Part shown: piece after piece, positions 29,456 through 38,213 of the stretch
How the letters are laid out: each line of letters starts with the position of its first letter
Position numbering within the stretch: the stretch's first letter is position 1
Assembly: GCA_038127095.1 (NCBI GenBank)
Contig: JAYPGZ010000001.1
Coordinates: 72,205 to 136,204 of the forward strand
From: Candidatus Roizmanbacteria bacterium
Lineage (GTDB): Bacteria > Patescibacteriota > Microgenomatia > UBA1406 > HO2-37-13b
Direction of reading: 5' to 3'
DNA: 64,000 nucleotides
Translations under genes and position numbers: made by a program
The notes under the pieces: generated by a model
Told to the model about the DNA's origin: nothing
What the model saw: the letters and a program-made list of their open reading frames with translations, nothing else
Database searches by the model: none

Positions 29456-32017
29456 TTAGGAAGAGAAAACTATCAGGGGACGGAAACCGGCATAGTCAAA
29501 GTGAGTGGACGCAAAGTTCCAATGGACGTTCGACAAACCACCATAAGCGGAAAAACCACCGATGAGACGGCCATCGGAACCGAATTGATCATGCATCCAT
29601 TCATATGTACTTGTTTCACCCCATTCCGGATGATCTCTATTGCCTAGTATGTTGAATTCGATCTCACGCATATTACGCGCCTGTACATGTTCCGGTAGTT
29701 CAAGTAAACGCTGGAGGGCAGGGTAGAAATGCTCATATTGTTCATTTGGGGATATCTTTGCACGGGAATTGGCAGCTGCGTTTGGGCCAATACCCTGAGC
29801 TCTCAGATCTTCGAGAATGGATGCCCATGGGTCATTGGCGTAAACCTGACTACCGTTGTAGTTTCCGTTACTATCTTGTGCGGCGTTTGGTTTTGCGGTT
29901 ATATCAACTACCGCCCAGAACCCGCCAAGTTTTGCTGCATCCTGAGCAAGTTTTTTATTCGGACCAATCTCATTCCAGAAGTATGTATCATTCGGCGTCT
30001 TTATCCATCCTGGATAATCATCATCTTTCTTAAATTCTCTTTGGGGAAAGTAAACAGGTTTAAGGTGATCTCTTATGCCAAGTTCCTCTGCTTTTGCAAG
30101 AGCATCAAGAAGTTCCTGTGGAGGAGGAGGTACTTCTATTTCCTGTCCCAGAAACTCCCTCCATTTGTATGATTCCGCTTCCCGAAGTTCATGTTCCTGT
30201 AATGAATCTGCTGTGCGTTCACTTCTTCCCTGCATTGGGTTTGAAGTAGCCTGCGTTTCGCCTGCAGCCATTTCTGACGGTAGGATATAGCCTTTTTCTT
30301 GTTCTTCAATCTCAACCTGTATTTGGGGAGATACAGCATCCCTTGTTAAACCAAATGAATGAAGCACTTCCAGCAATGTTTTTCGCTCCTCAGGAACACT
30401 GAGCGTTTTAGGGTCGTTAATGAATTCGCCTAGTTTTTTCTGCATGTACGTTGCAAAATCATCACCCCTCGCGCGGGATAATTTCCATTCACCAAAGAGT
30501 TTAAACAATGTTCCCGGATCAAGAAAATTTGTATTAAGTGTTGTTTCTGTATTGTTTTGAGGGTCAATTCCAAGTGATGTTTTCATCGCTGGAGTAAAAC
30601 CAGCGAAATCACGATTATGTATCTGCTGCATCATTTGAGCCGCTTCAGACAATCTTCTAATATAATCAGCTTCAGCTTTACTCAGCCCCAGTACTCCATT
30701 TTCTTCAATCAATGTGGCCTTGATAACATCAGCCATTTCTGCGGCCGGCATATAACTAACCTCTACTCCTGTAAGCTCCCGTAAAATCGCCGGATCCATA
30801 TCTTCCCGCTGTTTTGTTCGCTCATCTTTAGGATTACCAGTCAAGATTTCGACGAAATTATTTGTGACATCAAAAACCTGTCCATTAAATCCTGGGATTT
30901 GAATTCTATCCCCTGGCCGTGCCCCTTGCATAAATTTTGTAGCAAGCTGCGTTCTGGTTGATCCTCCCGTATATTCATCGTGTAATACTCCGACTCCTCT
31001 TTCCAAAGCCTTTGGTACAGGTCCGGTCTTCATGCCACTTTGAACTCCTCCTTCATCATCAGTCCAAAGCTCACGATATCCAAACACATCTCGAGGAGTG
31101 GTTCCTTCATGCCAATTGATAATCTCATACCCTCCCGTCAGTGAATTTAACACATACAGACCCAGCTTGGTTTTCCCTGTACCAGTTGAGCCGACAAGAA
31201 AAATTTTGTTTCCTGCAATTGCTTCACGCGACATGCGGTCAATTAATTCTAAACGGGAAGGAGTCAGCACAACACCGTTTTCTTCGAGTTGTTTTTTATA
31301 ATCTAGCATCCTTTGCGCTTCAAGATAACCCAAGGTTGAGGGAGAGGCAGTTTCAACAATGCCAGATCGCTTTGCTTTTAGTTCGTCCAGTTTTCCTTGG
31401 AAAAGACCAATTTGATCAGCAGCACTTTGTGTCAGCGTGCCATGTTGTTGAGTGCTGTCTAAATATCTTCTATAAATTGCAAGTCGTAGTTTCTCTGTTA
31501 CCCGGTCAATATCCCGTACCTCTCTCATAGGACGACGCGCTGCCTGAAAGTGGGCAAACTCCCTGTCAAATTCTGATTCAAAACGCTCGCGTACTTGCGG
31601 TTGAGATAGAAGATCAGACAACTTTAGTCCTATTACGTCCCTATGTAAAGCAGAACTCGGAGCTTCTTCGTTTGTTGCATCGGGCGTGCCATCATGCGCA
31701 TCCCATGATCTTACGTTATTAGGTAGTAATAAATTGTCAAGTTGTCTCTCCAAACTATTCAGATCATCTCCTTCCTCAAGCTGTATGTCTGGTACGACGT
31801 GATCCGGAGTACGATAATATTCCTCAAGATATCCTAACACTGAAAAGCATTTATCCTGAACATCTGCTGGAGATAATTCTGTTGAGGCAGTAGCACTTGC
31901 TTCGTTTGGTATAAACCTGCGAAAAGAAAGAGGTGCAAGACGATGGCGTGCATGTGTGATTTGTTGTACGGAAAATGCTTCTGTTCCTGTTGGTTCGGAC
32001 ATAATCGTATTATACAA
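29456..32017 (-). CDS. DGR target protein: MoxR-like AAA+ ATPase with C-terminal lectin-like (FGE/CLec-fold) variable domain
   Basis: Walker A FLVGSTGTGKTKLG, Walker B VGVLHDEYTG; C-terminal ...WxW...GFRPL containing the VR; no signal peptide or TM helices. Confidence 0.75.
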   Translation of the reverse strand: MYNTIMSEPTGTEAFSVQQITHARHRLAPLSFRRFIPNEASATASTELSPADVQDKCFSVLGYLEEYYRTPDHVVPDIQLEEGDDLNSLERQLDNLLLPNNVRSWDAHDGTPDATNEEAPSSALHRDVIGLKLSDLLSQPQVRERFESEFDREFAHFQAARRPMREVRDIDRVTEKLRLAIYRRYLDSTQQHGTLTQSAADQIGLFQGKLDELKAKRSGIVETASPSTLGYLEAQRMLDYKKQLEENGVVLTPSRLELIDRMSREAIAGNKIFLVGSTGTGKTKLGLYVLNSLTGGYEIINWHEGTTPRDVFGYRELWTDDEGGVQSGMKTGPVPKALERGVGVLHDEYTGGSTRTQLATKFMQGARPGDRIQIPGFNGQVFDVTNNFVEILTGNPKDERTKQREDMDPAILRELTGVEVSYMPAAEMADVIKATLIEENGVLGLSKAEADYIRRLSEAAQMMQQIHNRDFAGFTPAMKTSLGIDPQNNTETTLNTNFLDPGTLFKLFGEWKLSRARGDDFATYMQKKLGEFINDPKTLSVPEERKTLLEVLHSFGLTRDAVSPQIQVEIEEQEKGYILPSEMAAGETQATSNPMQGRSERTADSLQEHELREAESYKWREFLGQEIEVPPPPQELLDALAKAEELGIRDHLKPVYFPQREFKKDDDYPGWIKTPNDTYFWNEIGPNKKLAQDAAKLGGFWAVVDITAKPNAAQDSNGNYNGSQVYANDPWASILEDLRAQGIGPNAAANSRAKISPNEQYEHFYPALQRLLELPEHVQARNMREIEFNILGNRDHPEWGETSTYEWMHDQFGSDGRLIGGFSAYGGLSNVHWNFASTHFDYAGFRPLIVFSS
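29472..29583 (-). repeat. DGR variable repeat (VR) encoding the last ~37 aa of the target protein
   Basis: Direct alignment with TR; every mismatch corresponds to a TR adenine (minus sense), e.g. AAY(N) to TTY(F)/TAY(Y)/CAY(H)/ACY(T), GAY(D) to GCY(A). Confidence 0.85.
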
Positions 32018-32021
32018 AATT

Positions 32022-34676
32022 TTATAATTTCGATAAATGCTTCATTAGTAATTTATGTCGTACAAGCGTTGCCTGCCGAACGTCATCAATGACAACGGCA
32101 GCATCCGGATCGGCAGGGTCATGACAGACAACTTTAATATCTTGAGCAGCGCTTCCAAATCCAATACCCTGAACAATAATTCCTGCAGCTCGTAATTCTC
32201 CAATTAAAGCAACGCACTCCGCTTGGTTTGTTACATCTCCGTCTGAAACAATAGTCAAAACCTTAGAATGTCCGCCTGCCCTAATTTTCTGAACTGTCTG
32301 TGGATCAAGCGCGTCACGATATTGCTGTAATGATGCCTGTAGCCCTCGTGATGATTGGTTGTGAGCTTTTAATGTACCGTCAAGCTGTACAAGGCCTTTC
32401 TCGGATATTTCACCTGTTGATTCCTGAGCAACACTTGTCCAGTCACCAAATACAGCGACTCTTGAACGGACTGAAAGAGGGGTCGTCATATGTCTTTTAT
32501 ATCGTGAATGTCCTAACCGTTCGTTTAGATTTTTAATGTTGTATTCACTACTTAACACCATCTTTCGCTGTTCCTCAGCTGGCTGACCACTCATTGATCC
32601 CGAAATATCTAAGATAAAGTCATCTTCAAAAACAGAAACTTCAATTCGCTCTCTTTGTCTTTCATGTGATTTTTGGTACCCTGATGGATCATCCTCCTGT
32701 GAACGAACGTCAATATATGCAGTTACGGGATCGTCTAAAAATTCACCTTCACTTTGCCTGACGGGTCCTTTATATGCTGCATGGGGAATTTCTCTCCGCC
32801 TATAGAGAAGCTCAAATAAATCACGCCATTCCTGGTATAACGTACTTGGCCTATGACTAATACTTGCTTCGGCAGGAACTGGAGTCCGATTTACTCCATT
32901 TATCCATGATTCCAGTTGATTCCATTCACGCAATGACACACCTTTTTCCTGTTGGAATGCCTCAGCCGCACGTTGCTCCTGAGTTTGTGTAGGTAAAGCA
33001 GCTCCATCATCCTGCTTAGTTAGTTCTTCATACAGCAGTTCTATTTCTTCCTGACTTAATTCGGGTTGCTCAACCGTTGATTCTCCAAAATCACCATCAA
33101 GGGGTTGCGACTCCTCAGCTTGATCCGGTGATTCATCCTGCGCCTTTGGTGGAGTTGCATCCATACCACGATGAGTCCATTTTTTTGCATGAGGATCCCA
33201 TATCTCTCCCCATGCATGCTTATCCACACCTGGTGCTTCTACTACGGTAAACTCGAATCGAGGATCTTTACTATTAATATATGGCCCTGTTGCAATTCGA
33301 GAAGCAATTCCAAGTCTTTTACACAACTCGTCTCGGAAAATATTTGCCCAATAACAATGAGCAACACCTGTTTCAGCAATTTTTGTCCATATATCGTCTC
33401 CTGCGGACAAATATAACGAGTCTATCTGTCCTATTTCCGCTTCATCAGCCGGATAACGGAGTTTCTTACGAACATAGAGGACAACTTCCCGCGCTTTTTG
33501 AACATCATTCATCCAGTTTTGACCGGATAGTTCATCAAGAAATAATTGTGTTTCTGGATCTACATTTCCGCCTACTGGAGTCAAGTCATCTTCTGTGGGT
33601 GGCATGTCCAACTTATTTGATTGGGTTTTAGCTAAAACAAAGTCAAATGAAAATTGTCCTGTTGGTGCTGTTTGTACTTGTGTTTGTCTTGGGTCAAGAT
33701 ACACGATTCCTAAGTCATCACGCATAAGCTGGAATGCTCCTGGGGGATTAAGGGTTGAAGCAATAGGGAGTGTGCCATAGGGCAGTTTGATAAGAGTTTC
33801 ATCACCTGGCTGAATAGTTCCCTCATATGTCCTTCTTGTTTTCCAGATAGCTTCATCTTCGGGAACATCATCTATATCCCATGTTTGTTTGGTGCCAGCT
33901 TCTTTGACAATCTGGCGGGTAACAGGATCATAACGACAAACTTGCTCACGGTAATACCCTCCATAAAATGGCGTGACACGAACAGTGATATCCGATTCCT
34001 GCAGCGGTTCTTTGTCTCCGGCCACATCCTGTGTTTGAGATGGTCGATATTCAAATTGCTTTGATTGACCGGTCTGTCGGTCGGCAGCAGTAAGCTCATC
34101 AATAATTGGTTGAATATGAGTTGTAAAATTCTGACCGTCAAACCTTAAATATCGTCCTGAGGCAATATAATCAATTAAACTACGTCCCTTCGTGCGAGGG
34201 ATATCTGTTATTGCTTTGCGAACCGGATCTGAAACTGTATCGGGATATTTACCGGTTAGTATATATGTATCGAGTGCCCATTGGAATTCCTGAGCAAGTG
34301 TTTGATTTTGAGGAGTAATTGGCTTATCGCGAAGAATATCAGGATTACTTTCTCTCAGTCTTGCCAGTCCTTGCCATCTGAGGACTGGCTCACTTGCTTC
34401 TGGATACCTGCGGGCGGATTCTATTAAGAGGTTTGCATTAGTACGTAGAGCCTGTGTGAGTCCGATATGTCCGGCAACTTGTCGTACTATTGCAATGCGG
34501 GCCTGATCGATATTTGGAAACAATGCTGTATTAACAGAAAGTTCTGAACGATCATCAGACCAGGCAATTCGTATTCCAGTATCTCGAGTTTTTACCGCAA
34601 TACCGCCAAGTAATTCACTTGGTTCAGAAGGTGGAGCAGTAGTTTCTGTAATATCTGCAGTTGGTTGCTCTGCCAT
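32022..34676 (-). CDS. transglutaminase-like cysteine-protease-fold plus von Willebrand factor A (vWA) domain protein
   Basis: GVAHCYWANIFRDELCKRLGIASRIATGPY...HAWGEIW (transglutaminase-like Cys/His core) and C-terminal DISGSMSG (MIDAS DxSxS)...VLTIVSDGD; 4-nt gap to the downstream AAA gene. Confidence 0.7.
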   Translation of the reverse strand: MAEQPTADITETTAPPSEPSELLGGIAVKTRDTGIRIAWSDDRSELSVNTALFPNIDQARIAIVRQVAGHIGLTQALRTNANLLIESARRYPEASEPVLRWQGLARLRESNPDILRDKPITPQNQTLAQEFQWALDTYILTGKYPDTVSDPVRKAITDIPRTKGRSLIDYIASGRYLRFDGQNFTTHIQPIIDELTAADRQTGQSKQFEYRPSQTQDVAGDKEPLQESDITVRVTPFYGGYYREQVCRYDPVTRQIVKEAGTKQTWDIDDVPEDEAIWKTRRTYEGTIQPGDETLIKLPYGTLPIASTLNPPGAFQLMRDDLGIVYLDPRQTQVQTAPTGQFSFDFVLAKTQSNKLDMPPTEDDLTPVGGNVDPETQLFLDELSGQNWMNDVQKAREVVLYVRKKLRYPADEAEIGQIDSLYLSAGDDIWTKIAETGVAHCYWANIFRDELCKRLGIASRIATGPYINSKDPRFEFTVVEAPGVDKHAWGEIWDPHAKKWTHRGMDATPPKAQDESPDQAEESQPLDGDFGESTVEQPELSQEEIELLYEELTKQDDGAALPTQTQEQRAAEAFQQEKGVSLREWNQLESWINGVNRTPVPAEASISHRPSTLYQEWRDLFELLYRRREIPHAAYKGPVRQSEGEFLDDPVTAYIDVRSQEDDPSGYQKSHERQRERIEVSVFEDDFILDISGSMSGQPAEEQRKMVLSSEYNIKNLNERLGHSRYKRHMTTPLSVRSRVAVFGDWTSVAQESTGEISEKGLVQLDGTLKAHNQSSRGLQASLQQYRDALDPQTVQKIRAGGHSKVLTIVSDGDVTNQAECVALIGELRAAGIIVQGIGFGSAAQDIKVVCHDPADPDAAVVIDDVRQATLVRHKLLMKHLSKL

Positions 34677-34839
34677 ATGTTTATTATATATTGTTTAGTT
34701 CATCTTAAAAGTGTGTGATTTTTACCACCTTAAACTTAATTAATTATATTTATAGTATATAACCTTATAGTCAATGAAATTATTTGTCTTAACCTATCAC
34801 AACAATATATTATCGGATTATAACAAAACCTATATAATA

Positions 34840-34868
34840 TTGACAACGACATTTGAATAGTGTATACT
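34840..34868 (+). promoter_or_regulatory. near-consensus sigma70-type promoter (TTGACA, 17 nt spacer, TATACT)
   Basis: Read directly: ttgacaacgacatttgaatagtgtatact about 40 nt upstream of the pilin-like gene. Confidence 0.4.
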
Positions 34869-34908
34869 TCTGCATCACATTGTAAATTAGTGTGATTAAC
34901 TAAAAAAT

Positions 34909-35187
34909 ATGGGTCCAGACGGGTACAACAGCGCACAACCTCTCCAGTTTTCAAATCTCGATCAGTTACTATGGGGAATTGTTAAAACCCTTCAATACTA
35001 CTCACTTCCTGCTATGGCCATCGCAATTGCAACCTTAGGAGTATTTCTTGTCATGAGTGGCGATGACACAGACCGCAAATCAAAACTTCGTGGATGGATC
35101 ATTAACATTCTTGTTGGAGGACTTTTAGTTTTCGGAGCAGCAACCTTAGCACAGATTATTAAAACATTTGTTGGTGGAACAGCTTAA
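34909..35187 (+). CDS. TrbC/VirB2-like T4SS pilin
   Basis: 92 aa, two hydrophobic helices separated by a short charged loop (…LPAMAIAIATLGVFLVMSGDDTDRKSKLRGWIINILVGGLLVFGAA…), typical VirB2/TrbC architecture. Confidence 0.5.
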   Translation: MGPDGYNSAQPLQFSNLDQLLWGIVKTLQYYSLPAMAIAIATLGVFLVMSGDDTDRKSKLRGWIINILVGGLLVFGAATLAQIIKTFVGGTA

Positions 35188-35213
35188 CAAGCAATAAAAA
35201 ACAGCATATATGT

Positions 35214-36224
35214 ATGAAGTTTATCTATACACTTCTCATTCTTTCAATATTTCTTTTTAACACGTCTTCCGTTCTTGCCCAAAACTCTCCAACACCCACG
35301 TCAAAACCTCAAGTTCAATATACAAACGAATTTACCGTTGAAAATCAGCCCTCTGGGGTTGTGACATTGCTGCAGGATTTCATAAAAGGTTTTGATTCCT
35401 TTGTCGGAGGATTTGTCTTTTATACCCCAAATCCCCTTGATAAAACGATTACCTTACAAGATAAATCAGAAATACCCGGAGTTACTAAATACCGCGATAT
35501 GTTCTATCAGATTGCCATACCCGTACTTGCTATTATTATTGCGGCTATTGCCGTTTCAAAGCTTGGATCGGATAATACCCAAGAGCTCAAAAACTTTGCC
35601 GTACGGTTTGTCATAACCATCGTCTTATTCATCACCGTACCCCACGCCCTCTCATACAGCATACAAGCAAATAACTTACTCGTTGAGAAAATATCAACGA
35701 CACAAAAGTTCACGGGCTTTTTAGATGACTACTTTACCAAAACCCAAGAAAAGATTAATCAAGGTGAAAGCGCAGAGCAATATGGTATTCCGTCATTTGA
35801 TATATCGCTTATCGGAGGCATTTTCAAATCCTTTGGTAAATTCATCGTTCAGATATTTCTTTTTATCTTAACCTTCTTGTTTCTTCTTATGGGTTTCTTG
35901 TACTTAGGTTTCCAATTTGTTATCCGTTTTGCTGCACTTTTGTTTCTAGGTGTATTGTATCCAATCATCATTCCCTTTATGTTGTCTGAGAAAACACAGC
36001 CGATTGTACAAACATTTTTCAAATCGTGGCTCACGTTCCTGATCCAACAACCAGCCTTTGTTCTGGGCTTTGCGATTGCTACTGATATCTTTACGAGCAT
36101 TCTCCAGTCAAAAGGCCCGAGTGTAGGCATGCTTTTCTTCTATACCGGCTTCTTATTTTTCCTCGGCGGCGTGAATATCTTGGTCTCCCGCATCTTCGGG
36201 GGGCTGGACGGGCGAGACTCTTGA
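35214..36224 (+). CDS. VirB6/TrbL-like polytopic membrane protein
   Basis: Signal peptide (…SSVLAQNSP), soluble region, then ≥5 TM helices in the C-terminal half; position next to the pilin gene. Confidence 0.4.
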   Translation: MKFIYTLLILSIFLFNTSSVLAQNSPTPTSKPQVQYTNEFTVENQPSGVVTLLQDFIKGFDSFVGGFVFYTPNPLDKTITLQDKSEIPGVTKYRDMFYQIAIPVLAIIIAAIAVSKLGSDNTQELKNFAVRFVITIVLFITVPHALSYSIQANNLLVEKISTTQKFTGFLDDYFTKTQEKINQGESAEQYGIPSFDISLIGGIFKSFGKFIVQIFLFILTFLFLLMGFLYLGFQFVIRFAALLFLGVLYPIIIPFMLSEKTQPIVQTFFKSWLTFLIQQPAFVLGFAIATDIFTSILQSKGPSVGMLFFYTGFLFFLGGVNILVSRIFGGLDGRDS

Positions 36225-36462
36225 TGCAGCTCTTGCCGCAGCTATCTTCATACGCACATCTGCAACTTTAGCTGCATGCTTCGCATGCACAGCCGCGAGT
36301 TCATCGTGTTGGATAGGGCCTTGAACATCCTCGTCTTGTAATTGTGGTATTGCACCTGGCTTTTCTTCCACCATAAACTGGGAAATGAAACTATTAAGTG
36401 CATATATTCTCTCACAATCGGAATCTCATGTCAATAGCCTTCGAGCGACAACATAGTGCCTA

Positions 36463-37017
36463 TTAACCTATCTTCGAAATCAACCGCTCAACAAGTGTTC
36501 TGAACTCTGTGCCTAGTTTCCTGAATTGACTATCGTTCTTGGCAAACGATTCCCATTGCCCGCGAGTCTCTTTGGTATAAGCCGCCGGATCGTTTTTTAA
36601 ATCCTCGTTTCCTGAAACAATTGTACTGAGCTTTTCCATTCGAATTTGTATTACACCGAACAACTCGATTGACTGCTGAACTAGTTGCCGCAAGTCATTT
36701 GCTAGTGCCTCAATTCTCGCTTTGCCAACAATGGCCTCCCTTCGATGGAAATATGCTCCAAACAGCATTTCTAAGTCTGATACAAATCGCCGGCGGATCG
36801 AGATGGACTCAGACTCCCGAGATAACAGGTCCTTCAGTTCAAAAGCAGGCAATGCCTCAAACAGCTGATTGTTAGGCTCCCATTCCAATTGTCTCGGTAG
36901 TGATTGAAGATGTTGCCGCACAAAATTATCCAAATCGTGATCAGCAATGAGATTCCAATCAGACGGCACCAGGTCGCGAATAGCCATTTGAGTAGACTTC
37001 GACTTGGCCTGTAGCAT
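36463..37017 (-). CDS. hypothetical protein
   Basis: 184-aa ORF, no motif. Confidence 0.4.
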   Translation of the reverse strand: MLQAKSKSTQMAIRDLVPSDWNLIADHDLDNFVRQHLQSLPRQLEWEPNNQLFEALPAFELKDLLSRESESISIRRRFVSDLEMLFGAYFHRREAIVGKARIEALANDLRQLVQQSIELFGVIQIRMEKLSTIVSGNEDLKNDPAAYTKETRGQWESFAKNDSQFRKLGTEFRTLVERLISKIG

Positions 37018-37076
37018 CCCAGTATGACGATAGTAAGAATGGTCTTACCTCATACTATTCAACACGCTCTGATGCG

Positions 37077-37400
37077 TTGCGAGATGGGGCTAGAGAAGAT
37101 GAAATTAACAAAGTCATGTTCAATGGCGACCGATTTATTGATCTTTCCACCTTTTCCAAAGACACGCCTAATCCCCATAACTTCAATGCCATGCAGGAAG
37201 CCAAGCGACAGGGAAAAGATATTGATTATGCATATGTGACCCAATCAAGCCCTCCTCAAAAGGTAAAGCAATTTTTGGCGATGTCAGGAAAGCGCAATGA
37301 TGCCTATGGCATAAAGGGTGTAGTGGTATCCCGTCAAGGAAAAGACAGTAGCGACCATATTATTCGTTTATATTCCCCCGGTCAAGGGAAGAAAAAATAA
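37077..37400 (+). CDS. hypothetical protein (start uncertain)
   Basis: 107-aa ORF just upstream of a membrane protein gene. Confidence 0.3.
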   Translation: MRDGAREDEINKVMFNGDRFIDLSTFSKDTPNPHNFNAMQEAKRQGKDIDYAYVTQSSPPQKVKQFLAMSGKRNDAYGIKGVVVSRQGKDSSDHIIRLYSPGQGKKK

Positions 37401-37403
37401 CCT

Positions 37404-38213
37404 ATGAAAAGTGTGCGGATATATAAAGACAATATTCGAGAACATGTATTGCGAAGTCTATTTTTTACCGATACCGCAATTGCTATCGGCGGAGCGATTG
37501 TGATTGCTGCCGTCGTATTTGTCATATTCAAATATTTCCTGCATTTCTTTGATTGGGGATATTATGGATTGACGGTTCTTACCTGCGAAGTGTTTTTCAT
37601 TGGACTGGTTACGCAAAAGCTTGATAATCAGCCTATCTACAAGATTGTGCCACGGGGATTGAAACATTCGGTAAGCAAAAAGAATTTACGCCATGCTGAT
37701 ATTGATTCATACTTCACTGACTTTGCAATTCAAGACAATCTGATTGTCCGCAAAAACAGTATTATCTCGATGCTTGCGGTTGAGCCGTATGACATTGCAC
37801 TCCTTAATGATCAAGACCGAGAACATTTCTTTGTCAAAATCAAGCAAATGATCCATGTCTTGCCCTCAGGAGTCCAGTTTATTATCAGAAAAGAAAGAGC
37901 AACGATGGAAGAATATTCAAAGCATGTGTCTTCCTTATACAAAGATGCCAACACTAAACGAGAACCACTGATTCACAATTACTTAAAAGATCTATCAGAT
38001 CTCATCAGTAACCACTCATTTGTCACCATGCGCCACTACGCGGTGTTTTCCGTCAGTTGTGACAGCAAAAAGGCCAATGAAAAGGTAAAAGCAATCAAGA
38101 AGTTATCAGATATGAGTATTCGATTTGCCTCGGCATTGTCTGCCTGCAATATTACGGCTACACCACTTACAAACAATGAACTGTTACACGTTGCAACCAC
38201 CACCCTACGATGA
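37404..38213 (+). CDS. membrane protein, possibly VirB3-like / VirB4 N-terminal-like partner
   Basis: Two N-terminal TM helices; 4-nt overlap with the VirB4-like ATPase gene. Confidence 0.4.
   Translation: MKSVRIYKDNIREHVLRSLFFTDTAIAIGGAIVIAAVVFVIFKYFLHFFDWGYYGLTVLTCEVFFIGLVTQKLDNQPIYKIVPRGLKHSVSKKNLRHADIDSYFTDFAIQDNLIVRKNSIISMLAVEPYDIALLNDQDREHFFVKIKQMIHVLPSGVQFIIRKERATMEEYSKHVSSLYKDANTKREPLIHNYLKDLSDLISNHSFVTMRHYAVFSVSCDSKKANEKVKAIKKLSDMSIRFASALSACNITATPLTNNELLHVATTTLR

Noticed and set aside
36153-36374. 73-aa minus-strand ORF overlapping the end of the VirB6-like gene
   Set aside because: Ala-rich and antisense/overlapping a better-supported gene in a locally GC-rich stretch; it cannot be supported as a real gene
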